A DNA stretch of 32,764 nt from Bdellovibrionales bacterium (GCA_037969075.1 JBBKWS010000192.1:1-32764), one strand, 5' to 3'; shown: positions 8,920 to 19,630, numbered from the stretch's first letter. Made by a program: numbers and translations. Notes: generated by a model not told the origin, from the sequence alone.

Positions 8920-9471
8920 CTATGCAATAGTCACTTCTAATTCTGGATTGTATTCGTTACGTAAAATCATTTTAATCGCTTCAAGTGTACCCATAGTAGA
9001 TGATGGACAGGTTCCACACGCGCCTAAGTACCTAACTTGCAATTGGTTTCCATTTAAAGATACCAGTTCTAAATCCCCACCATCCATCTGAAGACCACTT
9101 CGAATGGTGCGGTCTAAAACTTCTTCGATTTTTAAGAGCTCTGGATCAGTAATCTTTGGCTTTTCTTTTTTATCAGCCGCTTCTTTAAAGTCAGGATCGT
9201 GTATAGGAAATCTAGTTTCTATAATAGCCTTAGCTAGCCACTCTAAATCATCCCAATCAGCTTCACCATCTTGCGTGATTGTAATTACATTTTCAAAAAA
9301 ATGTACAGCCGTTACATGGGCGATACCAAGAATGTCGTGCGCCAGGATGTTGTTATAACACTCATCTTGTTTGTGATACGTGATTTTACCCTCACGCTTA
9401 ACGGGCTTACTTAGCAAAAACTTTTTTGCTTTAGGGTTCGGCGTATCTTGTACTAAAATTCGTAATTCCAT
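8920..9471 (-). CDS. Nfu/NifU-family Fe-S carrier (Nfu_N plus NifU_C domains)
   Basis: N-terminal 'TPNP...KF'; C-terminal 'DGGDLELV...YLGACGTCPSS'; start moved to ATG 9471 (AGGA RBS, avoids overlap with sufS). Confidence 0.9.
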   Translation of the reverse strand: MELRILVQDTPNPKAKKFLLSKPVKREGKITYHKQDECYNNILAHDILGIAHVTAVHFFENVITITQDGEADWDDLEWLAKAIIETRFPIHDPDFKEAADKKEKPKITDPELLKIEEVLDRTIRSGLQMDGGDLELVSLNGNQLQVRYLGACGTCPSSTMGTLEAIKMILRNEYNPELEVTIA

Positions 9472-9478
9472 AATCATC

Positions 9479-10693
9479 CTATAAAAAAAATGTCTTTGCC
9501 TTCTCAATAGCGGTTACTAAACTATCCACTTCGGCCTTGGTATTATATATCGAAAAAGATGCCCTAGCCATACCATGAATCCCAAAATACTCCAACGCCG
9601 GCATCGTACAATGATGCCCAGTTCTTACGGCAATGCCTTGCTGATCCAAATAGGTAGCTAGATCCGTTGCATGAATGCCTTCTATATTAAATGAAAACGT
9701 AGGTATTTTGTGTTTTGAAGTGCCAAAAAGCTTTATGCCTTTTATTTTACTTATTTTCTCTTGCGCATACTCTAGCAACTCATCTTCTAGTTTTTGAATT
9801 GTTTTAAACCCAACCGAGTTCACAAACTCGATGGCGGCAGCCAATCCGATTCCACCTGCTATATGAGGAGTGCCCGCCTCAAATTTAAATGGTAAATCAT
9901 TCCAAGTGGATTTTTGCATAGTAACCGTTTTAATCATGTCGCCACCTCCAAAAATAGGGGGCATATTCTCTAGTAGATTCTCTTTACCGTAAAGCACACC
10001 AAAACCTGTCGGTCCATATAGCTTGTGTGCAGAGAACGCTAAAAAATCACAATCCAAAGCTTGCACATCAATCGGAAAATGAGCAATCGCTTGCGCCGCA
10101 TCTACAACAGTAAATGCCCCAACACTTTTTGCCTTTGCAATCATCTTTTGTATGGGATTGATTGTCCCTAAAGAATTAGATACGTAATTAAACGCTACCA
10201 ACTTTGTTTTAGAATCAATAATGCTATCTAATTTAGTTAGCTCCCACTCACCCTGTTCATTAAGCGGTATGTAATCTAGCTCTAAACCCATCTCTTCACT
10301 GATGATTTGCCAAGGCACCAAATTAGAGTGGTGCTCCATTTGCGTAATAACAATCTTGTCACCCTTAACTAGTTTAGATGTAGCAAATGACCTGGCAACC
10401 AAATTAATACTTTCTGTCGTTCCAGAAGTTAATATAACTTCTGACTCAGATTTAGAATTAATAAATTTTGCCACGAGCTTTCTGCAGTTTTCATATTTTT
10501 CAGTCGCTATTCCGCTTAAGGTATGAATACCTCTATGAACGTTTGCCGTTTCGTTCGAGTAGTACGTATGGATCGCATCAATAACAGTAAGAGGCTTTAA
10601 TGTTGTTGCCGCATTATCTAGATAAACTAATGGCTTATCATTTATCGTTCTAGATAAAATGGGAAATTGTTTTCTTATCTCTTCAACCAACAT
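9479..10693 (-). CDS. sufS: Cysteine desulfurase SufS
   Basis: YLDNAATT, NVHRG, EHHSN, PLP lysine in 'SAHK', catalytic 'RTGHHC'. Confidence 0.96.
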   Translation of the reverse strand: MLVEEIRKQFPILSRTINDKPLVYLDNAATTLKPLTVIDAIHTYYSNETANVHRGIHTLSGIATEKYENCRKLVAKFINSKSESEVILTSGTTESINLVARSFATSKLVKGDKIVITQMEHHSNLVPWQIISEEMGLELDYIPLNEQGEWELTKLDSIIDSKTKLVAFNYVSNSLGTINPIQKMIAKAKSVGAFTVVDAAQAIAHFPIDVQALDCDFLAFSAHKLYGPTGFGVLYGKENLLENMPPIFGGGDMIKTVTMQKSTWNDLPFKFEAGTPHIAGGIGLAAAIEFVNSVGFKTIQKLEDELLEYAQEKISKIKGIKLFGTSKHKIPTFSFNIEGIHATDLATYLDQQGIAVRTGHHCTMPALEYFGIHGMARASFSIYNTKAEVDSLVTAIEKAKTFFL

Positions 10694-10700
10694 AAATATC

Positions 10701-11927
10701 CTAAAACGCGTATTCTTTTAAAGTTTTCTCGATTCTTGGCAATAGATACTTTTGTATATCTTTACTGCCTACCTGTAACAACACATCCCTTACAAAGCCT
10801 GCTGATAGCATTTGTATGGCTGTATTTCGATCAATCCCTCTAGAGAGAAAGTAAAACATTTCTTCTTCAGAAAATTTACCTAGAGTTGCCCCGTGGTTGC
10901 ACTTAACATCATCCGCATAAATCTCTAACTGTGGTTTTGTATCGACCTCAGCCGTATTGCTGAGTAAAATATTTTTATTCAACTGCGAAGCAACCGTTCC
11001 ATCCGCTCCAACAGCTACAAAAATCTTTCCATCAAAGATAGCTCTGGCTTCATTATCAAGAATACCTTTGTAGTTTTGTCTACAGGTAGAATTTGGAACC
11101 AAATGATTTACGCACAAATGATTATCAACAGATTGTGAGTCTTTAAGTAGATATAGACCCTGTATGTTTGCATTGGCATGTGACTCTAAAATATTTGCTG
11201 TCACATCCTGCCTAACTATTCCCCCACCTAAGTTTATTTGAGTGAAGTTTAACTGAGCGTTTTTCAAAAGATTGATTTCGGTGTTTTGATACTTTGTAGA
11301 CACCGATGATTGGTGCAATTGCGTCCAATCCAAATTTGCATCTTTATCTAAGTGTATCAGCAGCTGATGGTTTACAAAGTGACTATTTGTAGAAGAGTCC
11401 TCTACTACAGAAAGCTTTGCATCAGGTTTTATTTTAACAAAAAGCATTCCACTGCCGTAGTTGCTGCTGGTGGTATAAGTGTGCTGTATTGAAACCGGCT
11501 CATCTATCTTTTCAAAGCACTCTAAATAGTATCCCACACTAAGTGTGGCTATATTTAAATCTGTAAAAATATTTTTATTTTTAAAACTTGTTAGATTCAC
11601 CAAATTAGCTTTTATAGCATCCGAAAGCTTGCTTAATTTTAGACCCTTTGGTAGCTGAGATTTATCTGTGTCTAATATTCCATCTATAAATATAATTTTA
11701 TAATAAAAAGAGTTTTCAACGTATGTAGAAGGCACCGCATTTACCTGGTTACTATAAGCAGATTCAAAGATTGGTCTCACATTTAAGTAACGCCAGTTTT
11801 CGTCCTTACGACTAGGAATAGAGGATGCAAGAAAATCTTTTTTTGCAATTTCACGCATAGCTCCCAAGGCACTGTCTGCCTGGGTAGGTCTTAACACTGA
11901 ATCAAAGTTTGTGTCTAAGGTGCTCAC
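10701..11927 (-). CDS. sufD: Fe-S assembly protein SufD
   Basis: 'ENWRY', 'DTKPQLEIYADDVKCNHGAT', 'FYFLSRGI'; position in operon. Confidence 0.94.
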   Translation of the reverse strand: MSTLDTNFDSVLRPTQADSALGAMREIAKKDFLASSIPSRKDENWRYLNVRPIFESAYSNQVNAVPSTYVENSFYYKIIFIDGILDTDKSQLPKGLKLSKLSDAIKANLVNLTSFKNKNIFTDLNIATLSVGYYLECFEKIDEPVSIQHTYTTSSNYGSGMLFVKIKPDAKLSVVEDSSTNSHFVNHQLLIHLDKDANLDWTQLHQSSVSTKYQNTEINLLKNAQLNFTQINLGGGIVRQDVTANILESHANANIQGLYLLKDSQSVDNHLCVNHLVPNSTCRQNYKGILDNEARAIFDGKIFVAVGADGTVASQLNKNILLSNTAEVDTKPQLEIYADDVKCNHGATLGKFSEEEMFYFLSRGIDRNTAIQMLSAGFVRDVLLQVGSKDIQKYLLPRIEKTLKEYAF

Positions 11928-12685
11928 TGCAAACCTTCAGTTAGCCAATCGTAGCCCTTCTTTTCTAATTCAAGTGCCAATGTGTGATCACCGGATTTAA
12001 TGATTTTTCCACTAGCTAGAACATGCACAAAGTCTGGTTTTATATAATCCAAAAGTCTTTGATAATGGGTAATCATAATTACAGCATTTTTTTTGCTTTT
12101 ATATTGATTCACGCCGTTTGAAATAACCTTTAATGCATCAATATCTAACCCAGAATCAGTTTCATCTAGTATAGCAATTTTAGGATTAAGAACTAATAGT
12201 TGTAAAATCTCATTGCGTTTTTTTTCTCCCCCAGAAAAACCTTCGTTCACTGGTCTATGTAGAAATGATGGGTTCATATCTAGACGCTTCATCTTCTCTA
12301 GGACAAACGTTTCAAACTCTTCAGAGGACATAACGTCTATCCCATGATGCTTAGATAGCGCGTTAAACGAAGTTCTTAAAAATTCAAAATTACTTACGCC
12401 AGGTATTTCTATCGGATATTGAAGAGCAAGAAACACTCCCTCTCTCGCTCTCTCATGCGGTGCCAGATCAAGTAAGTTGATCGCATCAAATCCTGGAGTA
12501 TAACTAATGGTCCCACGGGTCACTTCATACGATGGGTGGCCAGCAAGAACTTTTGAGATCGTACTTTTCCCAGATCCATTAGGCCCCATGATCGCGTGAA
12601 CTTCACCTGGGTTAACCGTTAAACTAAGACCTTTTATAATCTCTTTATCACCAATGTTTACATATATTTCATTTAGATCTAACAC
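11924..12685 (-). CDS. sufC: Fe-S assembly ATPase SufC
   Basis: HAIMGPNGSGKST, 'QYPIEIPGV', 'VNEGFSGGEKKRNE', 'DETDSGLDID', 'ITHYQRLL'; GTG 12685 has an AGGAG RBS. Confidence 0.96.
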   Translation of the reverse strand: MLDLNEIYVNIGDKEIIKGLSLTVNPGEVHAIMGPNGSGKSTISKVLAGHPSYEVTRGTISYTPGFDAINLLDLAPHERAREGVFLALQYPIEIPGVSNFEFLRTSFNALSKHHGIDVMSSEEFETFVLEKMKRLDMNPSFLHRPVNEGFSGGEKKRNEILQLLVLNPKIAILDETDSGLDIDALKVISNGVNQYKSKKNAVIMITHYQRLLDYIKPDFVHVLASGKIIKSGDHTLALELEKKGYDWLTEGLQ

Positions 12686-12695
12686 TGCGCCACTC

Positions 12696-14129
12696 CTACC
12701 CAACACTATTTTCTAGTTTTAATTCTATTAATTTTACCGCTTCGACAGAAAATTCAAGCGGCAACTGTTTAAATACGTCTTTACAAAAACCGTTTACTAA
12801 TAACGAAATACTTGCCTCAGGTTCTATTCCTCTGGATTGCATATAAAACAACTGATCTTCGCTGATTCTTGATGTAGAAGCCTCGTGCTCTATGACCGCC
12901 GATTTATTTTTAACTTCAATATAAGGATACGTATTTGCTGAACACTCTTTGCCTACTAACATTGAATCACACTGCGAATAATTTCTTGCGCCCTCAGCTG
13001 AGGCCAAAATCTTTACAAGACCACGATATGAGTTTTTAGACTTACCCGCGGAGATTCCTTTAGAGATAATTGTGCTCTTCGTATTTTTACCTATGTGGAT
13101 CATCTTGGTGCCAGTATCAGCCTGCATATGATCTTTGGTTAATGCTACCGAGTAAAAAGCGCCCTCTGATTCTTCACCCTGTAATATACAACTTGGATAC
13201 TTCCATGTGATGGCAGATCCCGATTCAACCTGTGTCCATGAGATCTTTGAGCGCTTACCTATGCACTTACCCCGCTTGGTAACAAAGTTATATATCCCGC
13301 CCCTACCATGCTCATCGCCTGCATACCAGTTTTGCACGGTTGAGTAATTCACTTGAGCAGAATCCAGAGTAACGATCTCAACCACTGCAGCATGCAATTG
13401 ATTTTCATCCCGTTGCGGAGCCGTACAACCCTCAAGATAGTTTACAAAACTATTATCATCTGCAATCAACAGTGTTCTTTCGAATTGCCCCGTATCTCCA
13501 GCGTTAATTCTAAAGTACGTCGATAGATCCAATGGGCACTTTACGCCTTTAGGGATATAGCAAAAAGATCCATCACTAAATACTGCGGCATTTAGGGCAG
13601 CAAAATAATTATCTGTATGAGGTACAACTGAGCCCAAATATTTTTTAACCAAATCAGGATGATTTTGAATCGCTTCACTGATAGAGCAAAAAATAACGCC
13701 AACTTTTTCTAAAACATCTTTATTGGTAGTACCGATAGAAACTGAGTCAAAAACAGCGTCTATGGCTACACCAGAAATGCGCTTTTGCTCTGACAAGGGT
13801 ATTCCTAATTTCTCAAAGGTTTTTAATAATTCAGGATCAACCTCATCAAGCGACTGCTTTTTCTTTATACTTTTTGGAGCCGAATAATATCTTAGGGCTT
13901 GGTAATCAATTTTTGGATAATTTAAATCGGCCCACTTAGGCTCCTCTAGTGTTAGCCAATGCTTATATGCCTTCAGGCGAAAGTTAAGCATCCACTCTGG
14001 CTCTTCTTTAATGGCAGAAATCTGCCTGATGATTTCTTCACTCAAGCCTTTTTCAATTTGGTTGGTTTCAATGTCAGTAAAAAAACCAAATTTATACTTT
14101 GAATCTACAATCGATTTGGTTTCAGACAT
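12696..14129 (-). CDS. sufB: Fe-S assembly protein SufB
   Basis: 'DAVFDSVS', '[10 protein letters not shown]', 'YLEGCTAP', 'TWKYPSC', 'EHEAS'. Confidence 0.97.
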   Translation of the reverse strand: MSETKSIVDSKYKFGFFTDIETNQIEKGLSEEIIRQISAIKEEPEWMLNFRLKAYKHWLTLEEPKWADLNYPKIDYQALRYYSAPKSIKKKQSLDEVDPELLKTFEKLGIPLSEQKRISGVAIDAVFDSVSIGTTNKDVLEKVGVIFCSISEAIQNHPDLVKKYLGSVVPHTDNYFAALNAAVFSDGSFCYIPKGVKCPLDLSTYFRINAGDTGQFERTLLIADDNSFVNYLEGCTAPQRDENQLHAAVVEIVTLDSAQVNYSTVQNWYAGDEHGRGGIYNFVTKRGKCIGKRSKISWTQVESGSAITWKYPSCILQGEESEGAFYSVALTKDHMQADTGTKMIHIGKNTKSTIISKGISAGKSKNSYRGLVKILASAEGARNYSQCDSMLVGKECSANTYPYIEVKNKSAVIEHEASTSRISEDQLFYMQSRGIEPEASISLLVNGFCKDVFKQLPLEFSVEAVKLIELKLENSVG

Positions 14130-14563
14130 TACGAAACCCCCTGCATACCTTTACGGTTACTATCAAATAGATCTGTCACTTTTTGTGTTTGCAAAAAACC
14201 TTGCAAACTTTCATTTAACTTCTGCATAGGACTAATCACGTTACAGGTGTTTTTGATTGGACAACTTGTGTTAGTCATTACACACCTTACGACTCCTTGC
14301 TTACCCTCGATTACCTCAATGAGTTCGTACAAACTTAGTTCCTGTAGGCTTTTATTGCTTAATCGGTAACCACCGTGAGCTCCCTGCTCAGAAGCCAACC
14401 ACTCTGCGGACGAGAGCAATTGTAATACACGCGATGTTGCATCGAAAGGAAGTTTATACACTTCAGATATCTCTTTGGCGGTAGTCAAAAGCCCCGCTTT
14501 TTTTTCGCGCATATGCTTTAAAGCAATTAAACCATATTCTACTTTTTTATGTAATTTCAACAT
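14129..14563 (-). CDS. Rrf2-family (IscR/SufR-like) transcriptional regulator
   Basis: 'EYGL.AL', wHTH wing '[10 protein letters not shown]', C-x6-C-x5-C cluster motif; TAATG coupling to sufB. Confidence 0.9.
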   Translation of the reverse strand: MLKLHKKVEYGLIALKHMREKKAGLLTTAKEISEVYKLPFDATSRVLQLLSSAEWLASEQGAHGGYRLSNKSLQELSLYELIEVIEGKQGVVRCVMTNTSCPIKNTCNVISPMQKLNESLQGFLQTQKVTDLFDSNRKGMQGVS

Positions 14564-14595
14564 GTTAAAGACCTATGCTCGTGAATTTTAAATGA

Positions 14596-14624
14596 AAACT
14601 ACCTGAGAACGATAGGTGGGTCAA
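14596..14624 (-). promoter_or_regulatory. Putative sigma70 promoter of the rrf2-suf operon
   Basis: Minus strand TTGACC-N17-TAGTTT. Confidence 0.55.
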
Positions 14625-14681
14625 TATCTAAGTACTTTTTTAACTTATTTACTTTCTTGCCCTTCACTGTAGAACCTTTGT

Positions 14682-15407
14682 ATGCGCTTACTACTCGTCA
14701 GTATTTTAAGTCTTACTCTTGGGGCACTCATTATATTTACTCTACGCCAAGTTGGTTTACAGCAAGAGTATATGATGAGAAAACACGCCTTTTTGTCTGA
14801 TGGACCCAAAGTTTTCTCCGTACTTGGAGACAAGAACTTAGCGAATTACCCTAGTTTACAAAATATGATTGAAACAAAAAAAATATTACAAAACATAGGC
14901 TGGAGCCTGCCTTTATACGTTGAAGGCGATGAGCTTGTTGCAAGAATAGAAAGTAAAAGCATTAGATTGCACGACATTTTATCTACGTTTCCAAATGACT
15001 TTTATTTTTTTCAACTTATGGAAAATAAAGAAACCATCAATCACTTTCTTAATGAGCAAATCAAAAAATTCAACATACAAGATCGCATCCTGATCTTTAG
15101 CCCCTACAGAAATGTTCTTTCGCAATTTAGACAACTGCGACCACAATGGTTAACAGCTTTATCAACACCCGAAGCAAATTTATTTTTACTTTTACACAAG
15201 CTTAAAATAGAGACGATTGCACCATTTCCAGCAGATTTTATGTGGTTAGAAAAGGCAGACAAGATCTGGCTGCAGGATTTATCTACAGACGAACTACAAC
15301 GTCGAAACAAATTCTTATTTTGCGATGATACACTACAGGCCCCAATGTGCAGAGCCTATACAACAGATTCACCCACAACATATAGTGCTGACCAAACGTC
15401 TAGTTAA
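14682..15407 (+). CDS. Membrane-anchored glycerophosphodiester phosphodiesterase-like protein, probably degenerate
   Basis: N-terminal TM; 'DRILIFS....VLSQFRQLRP' and C-terminal 'TDSP' resemble GDPD barrels; catalytic AHRG motif absent. Confidence 0.55.
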   Translation: MRLLLVSILSLTLGALIIFTLRQVGLQQEYMMRKHAFLSDGPKVFSVLGDKNLANYPSLQNMIETKKILQNIGWSLPLYVEGDELVARIESKSIRLHDILSTFPNDFYFFQLMENKETINHFLNEQIKKFNIQDRILIFSPYRNVLSQFRQLRPQWLTALSTPEANLFLLLHKLKIETIAPFPADFMWLEKADKIWLQDLSTDELQRRNKFLFCDDTLQAPMCRAYTTDSPTTYSADQTSS

Positions 15408-15458
15408 AATGCCGCAGCCCCCTATCACTAGTCATCATTCATAGAGAGTTTTATCATT

Positions 15459-16196
15459 TTGGATATGATTAACTTACTACTTTCCCAATTATACGCAGCT
15501 GATGAAGCAATCAAAGTCGATACAGGCGCATGGCATGCCATTATGTCTGCAAGCCCCGTTGTTCAACTAACATTATTACTCTTAGTAACAATGTCAGTGG
15601 TCTCGTGGGCGATTATATTTCACAAAAGAAAAGAGCTAATAAAAGTAAGCGCAGATAACGCTAAATTTTTAGATTTTTTTTGGGAGGCCAAGTCATTGGA
15701 TGAAATACATCGAGACTTAAGAAAACACAAAGACTCTCCTTTGGCTGAGATTTTTCAGTCAGGCTATAAAGAGTTGTTAAAAATTGTAGAAAATAAAAAG
15801 GACGCTAAGTCATCGCAATTTTCAGTTTCGCAAATTGATAATATACAGCGAGTACTTAGAAATGCTTCTGACAGAGAGATCAATAGCCTAGAGAATAAAT
15901 TAAATTTTCTTGCCACTACTGGTAGTACGGGGCCATTTATTGGTTTATTTGGTACTGTGTGGGGTATCATGGGATCATTTCAAAAAATTGGCGCCACCGG
16001 CTCAGCTAACTTAGCCGTTGTTGCCCCTGGTATTTCTGAGGCATTGATTGCAACCGCCATTGGACTTTTGGCAGCCATTCCAGCTGTTGTATTTTACAAC
16101 CACTTCAGCACAAAACTTAATTCTATCGATATGGATTTAGCGCAATTTCAATCAGACCTATTAAATATTATTCGTCGCAACTTTGTACTGGATTAA
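15459..16196 (+). CDS. tolQ: Tol system motor subunit TolQ
   Basis: 'LATTGSTGPFIGLFGTVWGIM', 'VVAPGISEALIATAIGLLAAIPAV'; start TTG 15459 or ATG 15465. Confidence 0.93.
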   Translation: MDMINLLLSQLYAADEAIKVDTGAWHAIMSASPVVQLTLLLLVTMSVVSWAIIFHKRKELIKVSADNAKFLDFFWEAKSLDEIHRDLRKHKDSPLAEIFQSGYKELLKIVENKKDAKSSQFSVSQIDNIQRVLRNASDREINSLENKLNFLATTGSTGPFIGLFGTVWGIMGSFQKIGATGSANLAVVAPGISEALIATAIGLLAAIPAVVFYNHFSTKLNSIDMDLAQFQSDLLNIIRRNFVLD

Positions 16197-16198
16197 TC

Positions 16199-16618
16199 AT
16201 GGGTATGTCAGGCTCCTCTGGTAGCAGAGGCAGAAGAGGTAGAATTAGTGAGATCAATGTGACCCCTATGGTGGACGTCATGCTTGTGCTTCTTATCATA
16301 TTTATGGTGGCTGCCCCTATGATGCAACAGGGAATCGAAGTTGATCTGCCAAAAACATCACCCTCTGGCGTTAGTACAAGCGAAGACCCGTTTACATTGG
16401 TAGTAAAACAAAATAGAAGTATTTTTGCTGGCAGCGCTCAGATCCCTCTTGCAGAACTAAAAACAAAACTTTCAGCTATCTATGAAACCAGAAAAAATAA
16501 ACAAATCTACATTCAAGCTGATCGCAGAGCTGATTACGGAATTGTTGCCGAAGTTATGGCCGAAGTAAGGGCCGCAGGCATTACAAATATTGGACTTATC
16601 ACCGAACCTAAGCAGTAA
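16199..16618 (+). CDS. tolR: TolR
   Basis: 'EINVTPMVDVMLVLLIIFMV.AP', 'ADR...YG'. Confidence 0.93.
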   Translation: MGMSGSSGSRGRRGRISEINVTPMVDVMLVLLIIFMVAAPMMQQGIEVDLPKTSPSGVSTSEDPFTLVVKQNRSIFAGSAQIPLAELKTKLSAIYETRKNKQIYIQADRRADYGIVAEVMAEVRAAGITNIGLITEPKQ

Positions 16619-16620
16619 CT

Positions 16621-17388
16621 ATGACTGAAGCCCAACAAAAGGTTGAAAAACCTTTTCACAAAGAAATCAAATCAAGCGTCATATTTCATGTGATTGTATT
16701 GGGTGCCTTTTCTTTAAAAAATATTTTCTTTTCTTCCCCCTCTATCGATTACAAGTCCGCCATACGAGTAGATATCGTCGGACTTCCAGATAAAATAACT
16801 AGCCCCAAGCCACAAAAAAAATCTGAAGAGACAAAAGAAGATAAAAAAGAAGACAAACCCACCCCTGCTAAAAAAGAAGATGTTAAAAAACCAGAAGAAA
16901 AAATCGTTCCGCAGGCTAAAAACAAAAAAGATATAAAAGACATTCAAAAGAATGCTCTAGAGAAACTGAAAGCACTAGAAAAAATTAAATCCACAGTTAA
17001 CAATGAAAAGACGCAAGTAGATGCTATTGAGAGATTAAAAAAACAAGAGTTCAGAGGTAATAACCTAGCTGCCGGGAACTCACTGACTGGAACAGACAAA
17101 TTTCAATACGATGCTTATATTGGCGAACTTGACTCGCATGTAAAAGGTTTTTGGGATTTACCTAGATGGCTTAGTGAAGAAGCTCTAAAAACTGTAGTTA
17201 AAGTAAGAATTGATAGCAGGGGCTTTGTTATTTTTAAACAAATAGTAACTAGCTCTGGTAACCAGGCTTACGATGAGGTGGCAATACAGACTGTGGTAAA
17301 GGCTTCGCCTTTTCCCGTGCCACCCTCTAAATTTAGTGGCACCCTAGAGACGCACGGTTTTAATATTGAATTTCAAAAACAGGAGTAA
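16621..17388 (+). CDS. tolA: TolA/TonB-family energy transducer
   Basis: TM with S-x3-H, Lys/Glu/Pro linker, C-terminal 'SSGN.AYD..A...V.KASPFP.PP'; between tolR and tolB. Confidence 0.85.
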   Translation: MTEAQQKVEKPFHKEIKSSVIFHVIVLGAFSLKNIFFSSPSIDYKSAIRVDIVGLPDKITSPKPQKKSEETKEDKKEDKPTPAKKEDVKKPEEKIVPQAKNKKDIKDIQKNALEKLKALEKIKSTVNNEKTQVDAIERLKKQEFRGNNLAAGNSLTGTDKFQYDAYIGELDSHVKGFWDLPRWLSEEALKTVVKVRIDSRGFVIFKQIVTSSGNQAYDEVAIQTVVKASPFPVPPSKFSGTLETHGFNIEFQKQE

Positions 17389-17390
17389 TT

Positions 17391-18761
17391 ATGCGCGCAT
17401 TACTAATTTTTCTAAGTTTATTTATTTCACTTAGCGCACAAGCCCAATCCGAGGGGATTTACATTAAAGTTACTGATGCCAATGTGAAAAAGAGCTTACT
17501 TGCTCTAACGCCTTTGCAATATACAGGTAGCGCGAGTCTTGTTAGCCAGTATCAAAAAATTGGATCCGATTTATATTCAGTTTTAAAAAATGATTTGGAT
17601 GTAAGCTCTTATTTTGAATTTATTAACCCAAAAGCATACCTCGAAGATACTGCTAAAGTGGGATTGCGACCTGCCCCTGAATACGCCAACGGTTTCAAAT
17701 TTGATAATTGGAAAAAAATTGGTTCTGAGTTTTTAATTCGCGCAGGCTATCAAGTAGTCGGCGGTAAGGTAGAGCTTGAATCTTATTTATATTATGTTCC
17801 TAGCGCCAGCCTTGTGGTGGCAAAAAAATACACTGGCTCTGTCAGTGAAGTTCGAACTATCGCGCATACTTTTGCTAATGATATTATTCAAAACCTTACA
17901 AAGAAACCTGGTATGTTTACCTCTCAAATTGTTACAAACAGTGACCGCGCTGGTGGAAATTGGAAAGAAATTTATACCATGGATTGGGATGGGTATAATG
18001 CCAAAAAAATTACTAATCATAAATCCATAGCTGTTTCTCCTAACTGGTCCTACGATGGTAAATCAATCACCTATACTGCATTTGCTTACAACTCTAAAAC
18101 AAAGACTCGAAATGCCGATTTGTTTTTATTTGAGCTAGATTCTCAAAAGCGCTTTGCCCTATCAACAAAGGCAGGCATTAACTCTGGCTCTTCGTTTACA
18201 CCGGATGATAAAAATATTTACTTAACCATCAGCCAAAGCGGAAACCCTGATATCTATAGAATGGATACCAATGGTAAAAATCAAGTACGCCTTACAAATG
18301 GACCCGCGGGCGCAATGAATGTAGAGCCCGAAGTGAATTCAGATAATAATTTAGTTGTGTTTTCATCAGATCGAAGTGGGAATGCAATGATCTATACAAT
18401 GAATACAAGTGGATCAAATGTAAAACGACTTACCTTTGCCGGAAAATACAATGCATCTCCCGTTTGGTCACCTGACGGTAAGAAGATTGCCTTTGCTGGT
18501 TACGACAAAACACATTTTGATATTTTTATAATGAATGCAGATGGTACTAATATGATTCGTATTACCTCTGCTAAAAAGAAAAATGGAAAAATGTCTAACA
18601 ATGAAAGTCCCTCGTTTTCACCTGACGGAAGGCTTATTATGTACGCAAGCGATAGAACCGGGAAAAAGCAAATTTATATAGCTAATGTAGATGGCACTAA
18701 TGAGCGTCGCATCACGTTTGATAATTACAATTATAATCAAGTAAAGTGGTCAAAAAAATAG
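17391..18761 (+). CDS. tolB: TolB beta-propeller periplasmic protein
   Basis: Signal peptide, TolB_N ('DL..S..F', 'AH.FAND'), multiple PD40 repeats ('P.WSPDG', 'SDR.G'). Confidence 0.93.
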   Translation: MRALLIFLSLFISLSAQAQSEGIYIKVTDANVKKSLLALTPLQYTGSASLVSQYQKIGSDLYSVLKNDLDVSSYFEFINPKAYLEDTAKVGLRPAPEYANGFKFDNWKKIGSEFLIRAGYQVVGGKVELESYLYYVPSASLVVAKKYTGSVSEVRTIAHTFANDIIQNLTKKPGMFTSQIVTNSDRAGGNWKEIYTMDWDGYNAKKITNHKSIAVSPNWSYDGKSITYTAFAYNSKTKTRNADLFLFELDSQKRFALSTKAGINSGSSFTPDDKNIYLTISQSGNPDIYRMDTNGKNQVRLTNGPAGAMNVEPEVNSDNNLVVFSSDRSGNAMIYTMNTSGSNVKRLTFAGKYNASPVWSPDGKKIAFAGYDKTHFDIFIMNADGTNMIRITSAKKKNGKMSNNESPSFSPDGRLIMYASDRTGKKQIYIANVDGTNERRITFDNYNYNQVKWSKK

Positions 18762-18857
18762 GCAGTTTTAGCTCTATACTTCTTTCACGCGCCGCGCTCT
18801 CTTGACCTAAGATTTTTTACACTGTTAGATGGCCTTTCTTAAAAACGGAGAGGTCAA

Positions 18858-19526
18858 ATGAGCTTAAAATCTATACGAAGAATTGTTTTCATATATTTTG
18901 GTGCTTTCTTATTGTTCCATCTAGTGGCTGAGGGCCAAGCTAAAAATCCCGCTCCTGCTGACAAAGCCAAAGAAACTGATAGCGCAAAAAAACCCGAACC
19001 CAAAAAGGATTTCAAAAAAATGTACGCAGAATTTAAAACAAACATGGGAACATTCAAGATCTTACTATTTCACACTAAAGCACCTAAGACTGTTGCAAAC
19101 TTTGTTGAGCTTGCCGAGGGCACTAAGGACGAATCAAAAATTGCTAGTGAGTTTAAGGGCAAACACTTTTATGATGGCGTAATTTTTCATCGCATAATAG
19201 ACGGCTTTATGATTCAAGGCGGAGACCCGACTGGTACAGGTCGCGGTGGCCCTGGCTTTAAATTTGAGGATGAATTTCATCCAGAACTTAAACATAGCAA
19301 AGAAGGTATTCTTTCCATGGCAAATGCTGGTCCAAATACTAATGGTAGCCAGTTTTTTATCACACTTGGTGCAACTCCGCATTTAGATAAAATGCACTCT
19401 GTTTTTGGTGAAGTTGTTGAGGGATTAGATATAGTTAAGGCAATCGGTAAAACCAAAGTAAACCCTGCTAGTAGCAAACCCTTAAAAGATGTAGTTATCG
19501 AAAAGCTTACTATTATCAGAGAATAG
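18858..19526 (+). CDS. Exported cyclophilin-type peptidyl-prolyl cis-trans isomerase
   Basis: '[22 protein letters not shown]', '[18 protein letters not shown]'; N-terminal signal or anchor; GGAG RBS. Confidence 0.95.
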   Translation: MSLKSIRRIVFIYFGAFLLFHLVAEGQAKNPAPADKAKETDSAKKPEPKKDFKKMYAEFKTNMGTFKILLFHTKAPKTVANFVELAEGTKDESKIASEFKGKHFYDGVIFHRIIDGFMIQGGDPTGTGRGGPGFKFEDEFHPELKHSKEGILSMANAGPNTNGSQFFITLGATPHLDKMHSVFGEVVEGLDIVKAIGKTKVNPASSKPLKDVVIEKLTIIRE

Positions 19527-19562
19527 TGACATTAATTGTCTCTGCCTCATAAGTTAAGCAGC

Positions 19563-19587
19563 AAGGGAGCCACGGGCTCCCTTTTTT
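19563..19587 (+). terminator. Intrinsic terminator after cyclophilin
   Basis: AAGGGAGCC-acg-GGCTCCCTT followed by TTTT. Confidence 0.88.
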
Positions 19588-19630
19588 GTTATTATAAATA
19601 CCTGTAATTTTAGATACTTAAAAACTATTG

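Noticed and set aside
16800..16990. A-rich low-complexity stretch
   Set aside because: It encodes the normal Lys/Glu/Pro linker of TolA
18802..18857. TTGACC...GGTCAA inverted pair before the cyclophilin
   Set aside because: The half-sites are about 44 bp apart; more simply a -35 box plus chance sequence next to the RBS
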